A stretch of DNA of 64,000 nucleotides from Octopus sinensis (GCF_006345805.1 NC_043007.1:9114001-9178000); one strand, 5' to 3'. Counted from the first letter of the stretch, positions 28,181-41,425 are shown. The notes: generated by a model from the sequence alone, not told the origin. Numbers and translations: made by a program.

Positions 28181-28461
28181 CCAACTTGAGGGTAAAATTA
28201 ATTAATTATTAATCAATTTCACCAAGTATTCAGTATGTAAGGGACCATTTAAGGCGAATTCAAATTATTACATTATATAAAAGGGCTTAGTAAAATAAAT
28301 TACTTTGCCACATACTGAACTCATTAGAAATAGTAGCTAAAAAACTTTTTAAAAACTATTTCTAATACTTAAAGAAAATCTCTCTCATATAGTGTTTGCT
28401 CAATTCAACTCACGAAAGTATGGGGGTAAAGACATTAAAAAATCCAATGCAAAGGTTTTTT

Positions 28462-28513
28462 TAGAGACGTACGTTTCAAGATTAGTCAACTCGACATTTC
28501 TATCATCAGCTCA
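28462..28513 (-). ncRNA. Hammerhead motif, array unit 1
   Basis: UGAG CUGAUGA U-AGA-AAU-GUC-GAGUU-GAC-UAA-UCU-U GAAA CGUACG UC UCU; GUC site, but stem I is imperfect in this copy. Confidence 0.65.
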
Positions 28514-29022
28514 GAACTCCTGGTTTGGATTTGAAAACACTGAAAGTGGGAGCATACCCTTTCGGCTTCTTATCGCTTCTGAAGATCTGCTCGAAACTAA
28601 CAGTGCCAGCAACCCAAAATATGCAAGCGAAGAATTTCTGCTCTCTCCTCCCTTTCCACCAGCGTGGCTTAAAATCAGTAAACACTATGCTTTTTCGGTA
28701 AAATCCGAAGCATTAAATAGAGAGAAATGAATTATAATTTCAACAATTGAGGGTAAAATTAATTAATTATTAATCAATTTCACCAAGTATTCAGTATGTA
28801 AAGGGACCATTTAAGGCGAATTCAAATTATTACATTATATAAAAGGGCTTAGTAAAATAAATTACTTTGCCACATACTGAACTCATTAGAAATAGTAGCT
28901 AAAAAAACTTTTTTAAAACTATTTCTAATACTTAAAGAAAATTCTCTCCATATAGTGTTTGTTCAATTCAACTCACGAAAGTATGGGGGTAAAGACATTA
29001 AAAATCAAATGCAAAGGTTATT

Positions 29023-29074
29023 TGAGAACGTACGTTTCAAGATTAGTCAACTCGACATTTCTATCATCAGCTCA
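29023..29074 (-). ncRNA. Hammerhead motif, array unit 2
   Basis: UGAG CUGAUGA...GAAA CGUACG UU CUCA; 4-bp stem I, palindromic stem III, GUU site, U10.1-U11.1. Confidence 0.75.
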
Positions 29075-29577
29075 GAACTCCTTGGTTTGGATTGAAAACA
29101 CTGAAAGTGGGAGCATACCCTTTCGGCTTCTTATCGCTTCTGAAGATCGGCTCGAAACTAACAGTGCCAGCAAACCCAAAATATGCAAGCGAAGAATTTC
29201 TGCTCTCCCTTTCCACCAGCGTGGCTTAAAATCAGTAAACACTATGCTTTTTCGGTAAAATCCGAAGCATTAAATAGAGAGAGATGAATTATAATTTCAA
29301 CAATTGAGGGTAAAATTAATTAATTATTAATCAATTTCACCAAGTATTCAGTATGTAAAGGGACCATTAAGGCGAATTCAAATTATTACATTATATAAGG
29401 GCTTAGTAAAATAAATTACTTTGCCACATACTGAACTCATTAGAAATAGTAGCTAAAAAAACTTTTTTAAAACTATTTCTAATACTTAAAGAAAATCTCT
29501 CTCATATAGTGTTTGCTCAATTCAACTCACGAAAGTATGGGGGTAAAGACATTAAAAAATCCAATGCAAAGGTTATT

Positions 29578-29629
29578 TGAGAACGTACGTTTCAAGATTA
29601 GTCAACTCGACATTTCTATCATCAGCTCA
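29578..29629 (-). ncRNA. Hammerhead motif, array unit 3
   Basis: Same sequence as unit 2. Confidence 0.75.
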
Positions 29630-30238
29630 GAACTCCTTGGTTTGGATTTGAGAGATGAATTATAATTTCAACAATTGAGGGTAAAATTAATTAATTATTA
29701 ATCAATTTCACCAAGTATTCAGTATGTAAAGGGACCATTTAAGGCGAATTCAAATTATTACATTATATAAAAGGGCTTATAAAATAAATTACTTTGCCAC
29801 ATACTGAACTCATTAGAAATAGTAGTAAAAAAAAAACTTTTTTAAAACTATTTCTAATACTAAAGAAAATCTCTCTCATATAGTGTTTGCTCAATTCAAC
29901 TCACGAAAGCCCTTTTATATAAGTAATAATTTGAATTCGCCTTAAATGGTCCCTTTACATACTGAATACTTGGTGAAATTGATTAATAATTAATTTAATT
30001 TACCCTCAATTGTTGAAATTAATAATTCATCTCTCTCTATTTAATGCTCTCGGATTTTACCGAAAAAAGCATAGTGTTTACTGATTTTAAGCCACGCTGG
30101 GGAAATGGGAGAGCAGAAATTCTTCGCTTGCATATTTTGGTTTGCTGGCACTGTTAGTTTCGAGCAGATCTTCAGAAGCGATAAGAAGCCGAAAGGGTAT
30201 GCTCCCTTTCAGTGGTTTTCAAATCCACCAAGGAGTTC

Positions 30239-30290
30239 TGAGCTGATGATAGAAATGTCGAGTTGACTAATCTTGAAACGTACGTTCTCA
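30239..30290 (+). ncRNA. Hammerhead motif, inverted unit
   Basis: tgag ctgatga tagaaatgtcgagttgactaatctt gaaa cgtacg tt ctca. Confidence 0.75.
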
Positions 30291-30469
30291 ATAACCTTTG
30301 CATTTGATTTTTTATGTCTTTACCCCCATACTTTCGTGAGTTGAATTGAGCAAACACTATATGAGAGAGATTTTCTTTAAGTATTAGAAATAGTTTTAAA
30401 AAAGTTTTTTAGCTACTATTTCTAATGAGTTCAGTATGTGGCAAAGTAATTTATTTTACTAAGCCCTTT

Positions 30470-30509
<40 letters not shown>

Positions 30510-30520
30510 TATATATATAT

Positions 30521-30912
30521 TGGCTGTGTGGTAAGTAGCTTGCTAACCAGCCACATGGTCCGGGTTCAGTCCCACTGCGTGGCATCTTGGGCAAGTGTCT
30601 TCTGCTATAGCCCCGGCCGACCAATGCCTTGTGAGTGGATTTGGTAGACGGAAACTGAAAGAACCTGTCGTATATATGTATATATATATATATGTGTGTA
30701 TTGTTTTGTGTGTTTGTGTTTGTCCCCTTAGCATTGCTTGACAACCGATGCTGGTATGTTACGTCCCGTCACTTAGCGGTTCGGCAAAAGAGACCGATAT
30801 ATAAGTACTGGGCTTACAAAGAATAAGTCCCGGGGTCGATTTGCTCGACTAAAGGCGGTGCTCCAGCATGGCCGCAGTCAAATGACTGAAACAAGTAAAT
30901 GAGTAAATGAGT
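30521..30912 (+). mobile_element. CORE-like SINE, full length
   Basis: Family consensus from head to tail. Confidence 0.9.
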
Positions 30913-30982
30913 ATGAGTATATATGTATGTGTGTGTGTGTGTTTGTGTGTGGTGGGTGTATACATGCATATACGCATATTCT

Positions 30983-31179
30983 TTTACTTCTTTCAGTCAT
31001 TTGACTGCAGCCATGCTGAACCAGCGCCTTTAGTCGAGCAACTCGACCCCAGAACTTGTTCTTTGTAAGCCTACAACTTATTCTATTGGTCTCTATTGCC
31101 GAACTGCTAAGTTACGGGGACGTAAACACGCCAGCATCACTTGTGAAGCGATGTTGGGGGGACAAACACAGACACACAG

Positions 31180-31222
<43 letters not shown>

Positions 31223-31261
31223 TACACACACACACACACACACCACATATATATATATATA

Positions 31262-31301
<40 letters not shown>

Positions 31302-31392
31302 GATGGGCTTCTTTCCGTTTCCGCCTACAAATCCACTCGCAAGGCTTTGGTCGGCCCGAGGCTATAGAAGAAGACACTTGCCCAAAGTGCCC
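30983..31392 (-). mobile_element. CORE-like SINE, 5'-truncated
   Basis: Reverse complement of the family; tail-to-tail with the 30521 copy. Confidence 0.9.
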
Positions 31393-31411
31393 GCATGGGA
31401 AATACCTCGGA

Positions 31412-31449
<38 letters not shown>

Positions 31450-31458
<9 letters not shown>

Positions 31459-32330
31459 GATGGGTAAATTGTAAAATGTTATAATTTAATTTCACGCATG
31501 TGCCCCATATGTTCTTGATTTTGTCGACTACACAGTATGGTGGGGTTAGTAGGGCATCGTTTGTCAAAAGAACAGCACCAAAACAATTCACTCTGCAAGA
31601 AATTTGGAAGCGACATGCTGTACTGCTAGGAATTCGCGGCAGAGTCTCCAATACGGACATTTGAAAGTTTTTGGGTGTCAATCTGAGGACAGTGCAATCC
31701 GGGAAAATTGTACCGGGAGTGATAAAAATCAAACATCCCGTCAACATAGAGGTGGTTGGAGTGATCGATAATGATGTCGATGTTATGTTTCCATTTATCT
31801 TCCCACGCAGCGTTAGACTCAACACGGAAGCCTTCATCAAATGCTTGGAGGAAGCAGTGTTGCCCTGTGTCAATAGGGTAGTTGCTGGCAGACCCTACGT
31901 CTGGCAACAGGACTCCGCACCATGCTACACATGTAGGAAAACCCAATCATGATTGTCAGACAATTTCCGCAACCGCATTACTCCTGACATCTGGCAAGCT
32001 AGTTCCCTAGATTGCAACCCCCTTGAGTTGAGCGAGAGATCAACAAAACTCCTTGTAACACCAAAGATGAACTGAAAGCAAGGATCATAGGAGCATTCAC
32101 TAACTTAAACAAGGAGACGGTCCAGAAGATTTTCAGGATATTCCGAAGACGTCTGGATGCTGTGGTTGAAGCCAATGGAGATTTCATTGAATAAATTTAC
32201 TTTTTAGTATGTCAAAACATTTAGTATGTGAAGATATTTATGTAATTTTGGTAAATATATATTTTCAAAAGAGTTGTCAGTGTTATTTTAATTTTTGCGA
32301 AATTTGAACGTGAGTTAATCAACGTACCAT
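31450..32330 (+). mobile_element. maT/DD37D-like Tc1-mariner transposon, internally deleted
   Basis: KHPVNIEVVGVI...LPCVNRVVAGRPYVWQQDSAPCYTCRKTQS, SLDCNPL, and C-terminal RRLDAVVEANGDFIE*; degenerate TIRs. Confidence 0.85.
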
Positions 32331-32373
32331 GTATATATATAAGTATATTCATATATAGTATATACATATATGT

Positions 32374-32739
32374 GGAGGCGCAATGGCCCAGTGGTTAGGG
32401 CAGCGGACTCGCGGTCGTAGGATCGCGGTTTCGATTCCCAGACCGGGCGAAACACCTAAAAGCTCCACGAGGCTCCGGCAGGGATGGTGGGTGGTCCCTG
32501 CTGTACTTTTTCCCCACAACTCTCTCTCTCTCTTACTTCCTACTTCCTTCTGTTGTACCTGTATTTCAAAGGGCCGCCCTTGTCACTCTCTTGTCACGCT
32601 GAATATCCCCGAGAACTACGTTAAGGGTACACGTGTCTGTGGAGTGCTCAGCCACTTACACGTTAATTTCACGAGCAGGCTGTTCCGTTGATTCGGATCA
32701 ACCGGAACCCTCGTCGTCGGAACCGACGGAGTGCTTCCA
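32374..32739 (+). mobile_element. tRNA-headed SINE, full length
   Basis: ggaggcgcaatggcccagtggttagggc head; tail gtacctgtatttcaaagggcc...gacggagtgcttcca. Confidence 0.9.
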
Positions 32740-33130
32740 TTCATATACATATATGTGTAAGTGTGCGTGTGTGTGTGTGTGTGTGCGTACGTGAGTATTT
32801 ATACTTGTGTGTGTGTTTGTGTAGACACTAGTCATTCTCGAACAGCAAAATATGTTGCCCAAACATAATTCTTTTCTGTGTTTGACTTTAAATGTTAAGC
32901 TATTAAAATCAAATTATTGTTTTACTGTACATAATTTTTCAGTTGAGTACAGCCGTTGAATCTTATTTCTCTGAGACACATTTTCTTTCGAATCTAACGG
33001 AGACTTTTAATGCCGAAACCTTTACAACTTTTGTGAGCGAAAGCTAGAAAGCAATTCACATTAGCCACATCGGCTGCCCTACAAATTAAGGTTGTGATAC
33101 GACTTTGACCTGACTTATATATATATATAA

Positions 33131-33188
<58 letters not shown>

Positions 33189-33752
33189 CTTGAACACGTC
33201 TGTGCCTGACAAAAATAGTGAAAAGTAATTATGGAAGGCATTGTGTTGTGATAGTTTTATTTTCATGTATACTAAACGAATCTGTTTTCAATTATTCGGC
33301 TGTGTTTACATCTTGAAACCCAAGCTAACGGTATTTTAAATGTGATAGCTGCAGTGAACAGAAATGGACGCATACGTAAAATGTAGGTTACATATGAAAT
33401 GATGGCATGACGTATTGTCGTTTATTTTTCTAATAATACTACGGTAATTACAGGGCTTCAGGCATAATGATGTTGCGATATCTGTAACCTAATATATCTA
33501 TGAATTATATCTATCAAATGCGTAGAAGATTCTTCCCTTTAGTGCAGAAAATTTACACCTGATAATCCCCCATAAATCGAAATGGACTGTCTTCGATATG
33601 TTGATAGACACTCTCACATACACATACACACAAAAACACACACGCGTCCATAGATATCAAAATATAAATGCGTTTTATTTATACACAATATAATATCTAA
33701 ATTTTTATGCATGACAATATATGCCTATTTTTAAAAAGATGCATGTATATGC

Positions 33753-33788
<36 letters not shown>

Positions 33789-33880
33789 GTGTGTGTGTAG
33801 CTATGTGTATATATATATATGTATGTATATATATATATAATATATGTATATATATATGTATGTGTATATATATATATATA

Positions 33881-34680
33881 AATGAATGTTTTTATATATA
33901 ATGAACGTGAATACGAAGGACGAACACGGAACACAGACAAATCATTCGAAGCCTTCAATCTTCAGTCACACCGACAACCGAATCATCATAGCAAATTTCG
34001 GCTGTTCAATTCTGATATTTGCTCCAACTCGGCCAGCCCCAAGAAAAAAAACTAAGCTGTAAGCATTAGATTTCTTGGTAGAAGACAGGAATGTGAACGC
34101 ACAAGACGGATGTGAATACAAGAGACGAAAACGAAATTGAAAACAGTAATGAAAAAACAAAACATATATAACGGTGGTTGTCATACGACTTTAGACCAAA
34201 TGAGACAAAACAACAACAACATAGCAGCTGGCGTAGAAATAATTACCGTTTCGCGGTCGGGGGGACACATGTTGGTCGAGATACGAAGGCAACAGAATGG
34301 TTTAAGAAGCAGCAGGTCGCAGGAGAGAGAGAAAGAGAGACAGAGAGAGAGGGAATCAAAGAGGGTGGAAGGCAGGGGACAGAATCAGTGACCAAGAGAG
34401 GAGAAAGAAGGATTAGGCGGAGGGAGGAAGAGAGGGGAAGAATCGGAGGGCGCCAAAAAGTTTGGTGAAGAAGCAATGGCGGGTAGTAAAAGACAGTGTG
34501 TATAGAAGTCGTGCAGGGTTTAAAATTGGACAAACGAACGGGGGGTGCACGTAACGCCGCAATAATATAAGAATGAATGTTTTTATATATAATGAACGTG
34601 AAATACAGGAAGGGACGAACACGGAACACAGACAAATCATTCGAAGCCTTCAATCTTCAGTCAGACACCGAATCATCATA
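33881..34680. mobile_element. ~800-bp non-coding element bounded by ~110-bp direct repeats, inside (TA)n
   Basis: 33881-33990 is repeated at 34572-34680 (period ~691); purine-rich interior; (TA)n on both flanks. Confidence 0.7.
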
Positions 34681-34687
34681 TATTATT

Positions 34688-34739
<52 letters not shown>

Positions 34740-35644
34740 CCAACCGTCTGTTAGAACGTGCGTACGATGTTATATTACACACCTTCCTTATTAATCTTGA
34801 GAATCGTCGTATATAAATACTAAAGTGCACAGTCTTACACATCATACACGCACACACGCTCGCACACACACACACACACACACAAGCACGCGTGCAACCA
34901 CACACTAACCCTGTTATACAATGTATATCAGTTAAACATACATTTACGTTTGTAATATGTTTGCAAGGGCAAGGACCCCGCATCTCTCTTCATCGTTATA
35001 CAATTACAACGCTACCTATTTACTAATTACACGCATACACCGACCGATACAAGTCTATACAGTGCGGCGATATTTATTCACGGTAAGCCTATACAAAGCA
35101 TTGTATATATGCTAGCATGTGTCGATAGCTCACTCGCTTTTATATGCTGTCTGTTATAGCAAGCTAATTATATCAACACGCTGGCTCTTGTCGTTTACTT
35201 GCAACGTCCAAGGGTCATGCACTGAAGCGAATGAATTTTATATGCTGTGTCTTTAGACGACAAATCCTATCATACTTCAATACCAATGCAGTCATAAAGA
35301 CGGCAGTAGCTAGTCTTTAGATGCTGTAGTACAATTGCATTAATTGGCAATCATCGCTAAACAATTATGATGTTTTCATGTTGAGTAAGCGTGTAGACGC
35401 AGTTGCTTCTGTTTCGCTCTCTATCGTTTGTTCCATTGTTTTGCCTTCCACTCTTTGCCAGACTAACTCAATGCTGTATTTTGTCATACGGTTTCTCTCC
35501 TCTCCCTGCGACTCGCTATTTTTTTTTCTTATGCTATCATTCTCTGTCCATCACTGACCCCACTTTCTCGAGCTTCCATTTTCTTCCACTACTTAGCTGT
35601 ATTCTGTTTCAATGTCATATTATGCATCTGTCTGCCTCTCCGTA

Positions 35645-36018
<374 letters not shown>

Positions 36019-36199
36019 CATTATTGTTCCTTTATTCATTTTGAAACACCGGCTGTGCGTGTGTCTGTTCCTCACGTAAAATCACTTCAGGAGTGTGTGT
36101 CTGATTTCCTTTGAGTTTTATTATTCTCCAAACATCTTTGTAATTTGTCGTATGAATACGTATTTCATGTACATGTTTGTATATGTATACACATATACA

Positions 36200-36232
<33 letters not shown>

Positions 36233-36262
36233 GCATATATATATATTATATATATATATATA

Positions 36263-36480
36263 TGTTTTTTTAATTTTCTCCTGTTTACGGAATTAATCTT
36301 TATTTGCGGTAGAAGCTTTGGCTGTTATTTCTAGTGGGTTGAATGGCCTATTATGGCCGTTCTTAATTGTTAATGTTGAACTTAAAATATGGTCTATGAC
36401 TATTTAATTTTTTCCCACTGGGCCGCTGGTGGCACAAAAATTCTACAAAATTTTCCTTGCCACCCTATATTGATTAATTA
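36263..36480. mobile_element. Unclassified interspersed repeat (modules X then Y) between (TA)n tracts
   Basis: Both modules recur at 63159-63370 in a different order and orientation. Confidence 0.7.
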
Positions 36481-37240
36481 TATATATATATTATATAGTT
36501 CTATATTTATATCCGTCATTGTAAATAATGTATATATATATATACTTTTATTTTCACTTGGATTTGCTGATGTAAGATATTCATGTTTAGGCAATAGATG
36601 TTAAACTGCAGTGCAAACGGATTTTTTACATGTTAAATATTTCCCAAACATATTTGAACAGATCTAAATGTTCGTTCGTTTACCTGACATCACTACTTTC
36701 ACATATCTACTTTTCTCCTCCCCTTTCTCTCTCTCTCTCTCTCTCTCTACATCTTCCTCCATCCCCCCTCTCTCTCCCTGCGCTCGCTCGTGTGTACCGG
36801 TGTGTGCTTGTGTGTCTGTGTGAGTGTAAAATATATCAGATGTTATACTCTGAATGAAATCAAAGATGTGTAAATTCCACTGATAAATCATAATTTAATC
36901 AATCTCCGCTGCTGTTTCAAGAGGATTAAACATCATTAATTTCATTACTATGTAATCAGGAAAGAACATTAACTAATATGTATTAATTCAACTTAAATTA
37001 CAGAATGCTTTTATTTTTTTTTTTTTCAAATCATCAGTAATGATAGAAGCATAGCGCGTAGCTAGATATAGGCAATTACTGGTTTGAGTACCAGTGAGAA
37101 AGAGCGACATACAAAAAGAACACACACGCACACACTCATATACAAACACACTCACAAATACACATACATGTATGTACACACACGGGTATGCACACATGCA
37201 CACACACATACACACACACAAATACATAAGACTCTTTTTC

Positions 37241-37678
37241 GGCGTGTTGCATGGTAAGAAGTTTCCTTCCCAACCACATGGTTCCGCGTTCAATCCCACT
37301 GCGTGGCAGCTTGGCTAGATCTCTCGTCAACCAAAGCCTTGTGAGCAGATTTGGTAGACGGAAACTGAAAGAAGCCCGTCATACATATATATGTGTGCCT
37401 GTGTGTGTGTATGCGTGCGTGTGTGTGTGTGTGTCTGTGTGTGTGGTGTGTGTGTATAAATATATATGTCTTTGCGTATGCTTGTCCTCTCCACCACTAT
37501 TTAACAGTTGCGTTTGGTGTTCTTACGTCTCTCTAACACAGCGGTTCAGCAAACGCGTTCGACAGAATAATTACCAGGCTATGAAAAAAATATTGGGGTC
37601 GACTCGTTCGACTACTTATACTTCAGGCGGTGCCCCAGCATGGCCACGGTCTAATTACTGAAGCAAGTAAAATAAAAG
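37241..37678 (+). mobile_element. CORE-like SINE, diverged
   Basis: Family head, core remnant and tail. Confidence 0.8.
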
Positions 37679-37964
37679 ATATGCTTATTTATACATATTT
37701 ATGTGTGCATACAGGCTGGGGGTATACATTTACTTCTTATCTAAACATTAAAAATTAATGTCTTTCAGTTGAAGAAATATTAAGGTTTATGAAGGAATCA
37801 TATTGTGCCATTTTAGATTGTAAATACATGCAAACTATTGTCTATAAGATTAACAATTAACCTGTAAACTTTCGTTAACCAAAACCAATAGCTTTTAATT
37901 TTAGGATAAAATGACTAATGGGTAGACACATACGCTGTTCTCGGTTTAATCATTCGCGCTTTTA

Positions 37965-38817
37965 GGGGTACCCAAAATTAAACGAAAACATTCTCTGTTG
38001 GACAAACCCGTTGTCGTTCAGGTTTCCGCCGATAAAAGCCACTGATGCAATTCTCAGTTATCAGTCTGCCGATCGACGTCTTCGTCTCTGGTCCTGCTGC
38101 CACGTGGTGTGTTTTTGCCTTGCAGTGCTTCTTTCACTGTTCGTCGACTTTTGCGATGGCTGAAACAAACGAACAACTTGCTTCCGTGAAATTCTATTTT
38201 CTGGGGGCAACGGTGGGCGAAACAGTTGTCATGCTTCACAGAGTTTACGATGGTGCTGTGTCATGAGCAAAACACAGGTTTACGAGCGGTTTCCATACTT
38301 TTAGGAATGGTTACTTGTGGTTTAAAGCCCAAACTCGTCGCTTGAAGCCCAACCTCGTCTCTTGAGGGCCGTCGCACTCTTGAATGAATGAGCACATCTT
38401 GAAAATTCATAAACTGATCTTGGAGGACCATCACAGAACAATTGATGAACTTGTTGATATGACTGGTGTCTCCTGGAGCTCCTGTAAATGAATTTTGAGC
38501 GAGGAATTACGAATGGAGATGCTGCAAAATTTGTGCCTCGCTTGCTCATGGAAGATCAAAAGCAGTCACGACTAAATGCGCATCGTGAACTGAAAGAACA
38601 GTTGGAAGTTGGTCTGGATCATTTTTCCGAAGGTCATCACTGTTAACGAAAGCTGTTGCTACGGAATTTGCCGATGTGGAAGAGGTGAAGAAAGAAAAAC
38701 GACGGAGGCGTTAAAATGCATTCCTTAGCAATATATTGCTGCAAATGGAGAAGGCGATAAATGTGAAAACATGAAAAACTAAGAGTTGCAAAATTCCGGT
38801 TTGTTTTGGGAACCCCC
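37965..38817 (+). mobile_element. Mariner transposon, internally deleted, with TIRs
   Basis: MAETNEQLASVKFYF; LEDHHRTIDELVDMTGVSWSSC; AAKFVPRLLMEDQK; TIRs ggggtacccaaaa / ttttgggaacccc. Confidence 0.85.
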
Positions 38818-38889
38818 GCCCAGAACATATTTTGTACAGATTAAATTTATTACTGTGCATAGCGATAGGGGTGAGTATTCTTTTATCTT

Positions 38890-39084
38890 ATAATTGCTTC
38901 GGTCCATTAGATAGAAGACATACTGGGGAACCACCAACAAGAATTTTAGTCGAATGAATCGACACATACTTATTTTTAAGCCTGGAAAATATTCTACTGA
39001 TGTCTTTTGCCGATTCCTTAAGTTATGAGGATCTAAAAACACCAACACCGGTTGATAAGCCGTGGTGAAGGAGAACAAACACAG

Positions 39085-39134
<50 letters not shown>

Positions 39135-39450
39135 ACACACATACATATACACACATGTACACACACACAAACACGTACACAAACACATACACACACACAT
39201 ACATATACACACATGTACACACACACACACACACACACATACACATACACACACACATACATATACACACATGTACACACACACAAACACACACAAAGAT
39301 AAATATATATACGCACACAACGGGCTTCTTTCAGTGTCCTATCTCCTTGACGCACACGACCCGAGGCCCATAGTAGAAGACACTCGCCGAAGGTGTCATG
39401 CAGTAGAATTGAACCCAGAACTATGTGGCTGGGAAGCAAATTTCTGAACA
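38890..39450 (-). mobile_element. CORE-like SINE with an expanded internal (CA)n
   Basis: Reverse-complement core ggcccatagtagaagacact and tail. Confidence 0.75.
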
Positions 39451-40384
39451 TACAACCACGCCTGGGCTTTATTGCATATTCATTATAAATCACTTGTGGT
39501 ATTTGTTTCCTTCTGGGTGTTAATCCCATTTAGCGTTATTTTATTTTTATTCGAATTTTAAATGCATTTAAATTACATTCTCCTGGTGGTGTAATCGAAA
39601 GTGGCCAAGCAATTAACGCTACCGCAATGTCACCGACCTTTGAATCAATTTAGTGAAAAATTACAATAAGGAGCACAAAATACAAACTGTCAATAATAAC
39701 CATTCAAGCACACACACACAAACTGGCATTATATCTTGTCAACAGAACACAACCATGAGTAAACATTAGCATATAATGCTGTTTTCCTGATCAAGTAGAC
39801 ACATTTCTGTTGTATATTGGGGGGAAAAAACGTATTACATTACACTCAATTATCTTTTCATCGCTTTGACAAGTCCCAAATAGCTAAGCTGAATGAATAC
39901 TCAGACCCTATTAAGCATTGGTAAAAATATTTCAGACGTAATATTTAAAGTGAGGTTTCATGATTATATTATACTAATTGATATCACGAACTCTGTAAAT
40001 GGGTCCCCTTGCATGTTTGGGTTCCTTTACTCTGATCTCGTCTCTTTAACTATTTTCGATATGGCGAAAGAAAACATACTCGTGTCCATTTTATCCGATA
40101 GCCGACACATGACACTCGTTCAGACGGTGTCTCGCAAAATTAAATTTCTCTCTTTCTCTCTAAATTACGACTATCTTCCACATATTTTACACTTTTAAAG
40201 AACAGAGTAATTTTCATATAAGACAATTGTTTTCACTGGCTTCAGTTCCAATGTATTCTTCAAATTGGTAATTTAATATTTGAGCGAATCCGGTGCCATT
40301 ACATATGTTTCTGGCTTCCTCTCTCTATATATGTATATATATGTATATGAGTATATGAGTATGTATTATATATGTGCATAAATA

Positions 40385-40416
<32 letters not shown>

Positions 40417-40495
40417 ATTACAATGCATAAACACACACATATGTATATAAATATATATATATACATATATATTATATAATTATATATATTATATA

Positions 40496-40544
<49 letters not shown>

Positions 40545-40579
40545 TGTATGTATGTATGTATGTATATACATTTACATAT

Positions 40580-41358
40580 GAACCCATGTAGTTTCCTCTA
40601 CCATAGCTTCGGGCCGACTAGAACCGTGAATCAATTTGAGAAATGGAAATTGAAAGAAGACAGTCGTGCGTGTATATACATTTCGTGCCATTATGTGTTT
40701 GTGGGCGTGTCTATGAGTCTGTGTTATTTTTCCGACAAATTGGCAACGGGTGTTCGCGTGTTTACGTCCCCCACAAGGCCGATCATGGACTCAGTCTAAT
40801 TAACTGAAACAATTGAGATATTTATGATATATGTATATATGTACATATATATATATACTATATATATATATAGATATATATATATGTGTGTGTGTGTGTG
40901 TGTATATTATATTATAATATATATTGAGGTATATGAATATACATCAATAATATTGATGTATATTGAATATATATGCTAGCTGAAATATAATCAGCATACA
41001 TTATCTAATGTACTGCTTTTTCGAAAAGACAGAAAAAACGGCTTTGCATTGTACGACAGAGTTTTTGCTGCGCGCAAAAGTTGGTTCCTATTTGTGGTTG
41101 ACTAAAAGGCCACACAATGGGCTTTCATTAGACTGTTCTGTATTATAATTCATACACTCACTGAAAATATTGATATAAGCGTAGGTCTGGCTGCGTGGTG
41201 AAGAAGCTAAATTTGCGCAATCACGTCGTTTCTCGGTTTGAGTCCAGTCGACCCGTGCAGTACCATGGGCAAGTCTCTTCTACAATAGACTCGGGCCGAC
41301 CGGACTCAGCGGTGCCTTGTGAGAGAATTTGGTCGCTGGAATTGTTTGAAGCCCACCT
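40580..41358 (+). mobile_element. Two decayed CORE-like SINE fragments (40580-40815, 41181-41358)
   Basis: tcgggccgac core modules. Confidence 0.6.
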
Positions 41359-41374
41359 AAAGTATATGTGTGTG

Positions 41375-41415
<41 letters not shown>

Positions 41416-41425
41416 TATATATATA

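Larger units (their letters stand above)
28175..30475. mobile_element. Tandem array of a ~560-bp HHR-containing unit with one inverted terminal unit (retrozyme or PLE pLTR-like), inside (TA)n
   Basis: gagggtaaaatt at 28188, 28749, 29306 and 29677 (periods 561, 557, 371); inversion at ~29907; full inverted unit 29907-30475; (TA)n on both flanks; no credible ORF. Confidence 0.9.

Noticed and set aside
28175-29909. CRISPR-like or centromeric satellite interpretation
   Set aside because: There are no unique spacers. A few copies with an inversion inside (TA)n fit a retro-insertion better than a satellite.
28392-30357. Repeated ORFs MFAQFNSRKYGG... in the array
   Set aside because: Frames break differently in each near-identical unit and show no recognisable domain.
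32374-32450. tRNA gene-like sequence (also at 10509 and 50966)
   Set aside because: It is a SINE head continuing into SINE body, with no proper acceptor stem.
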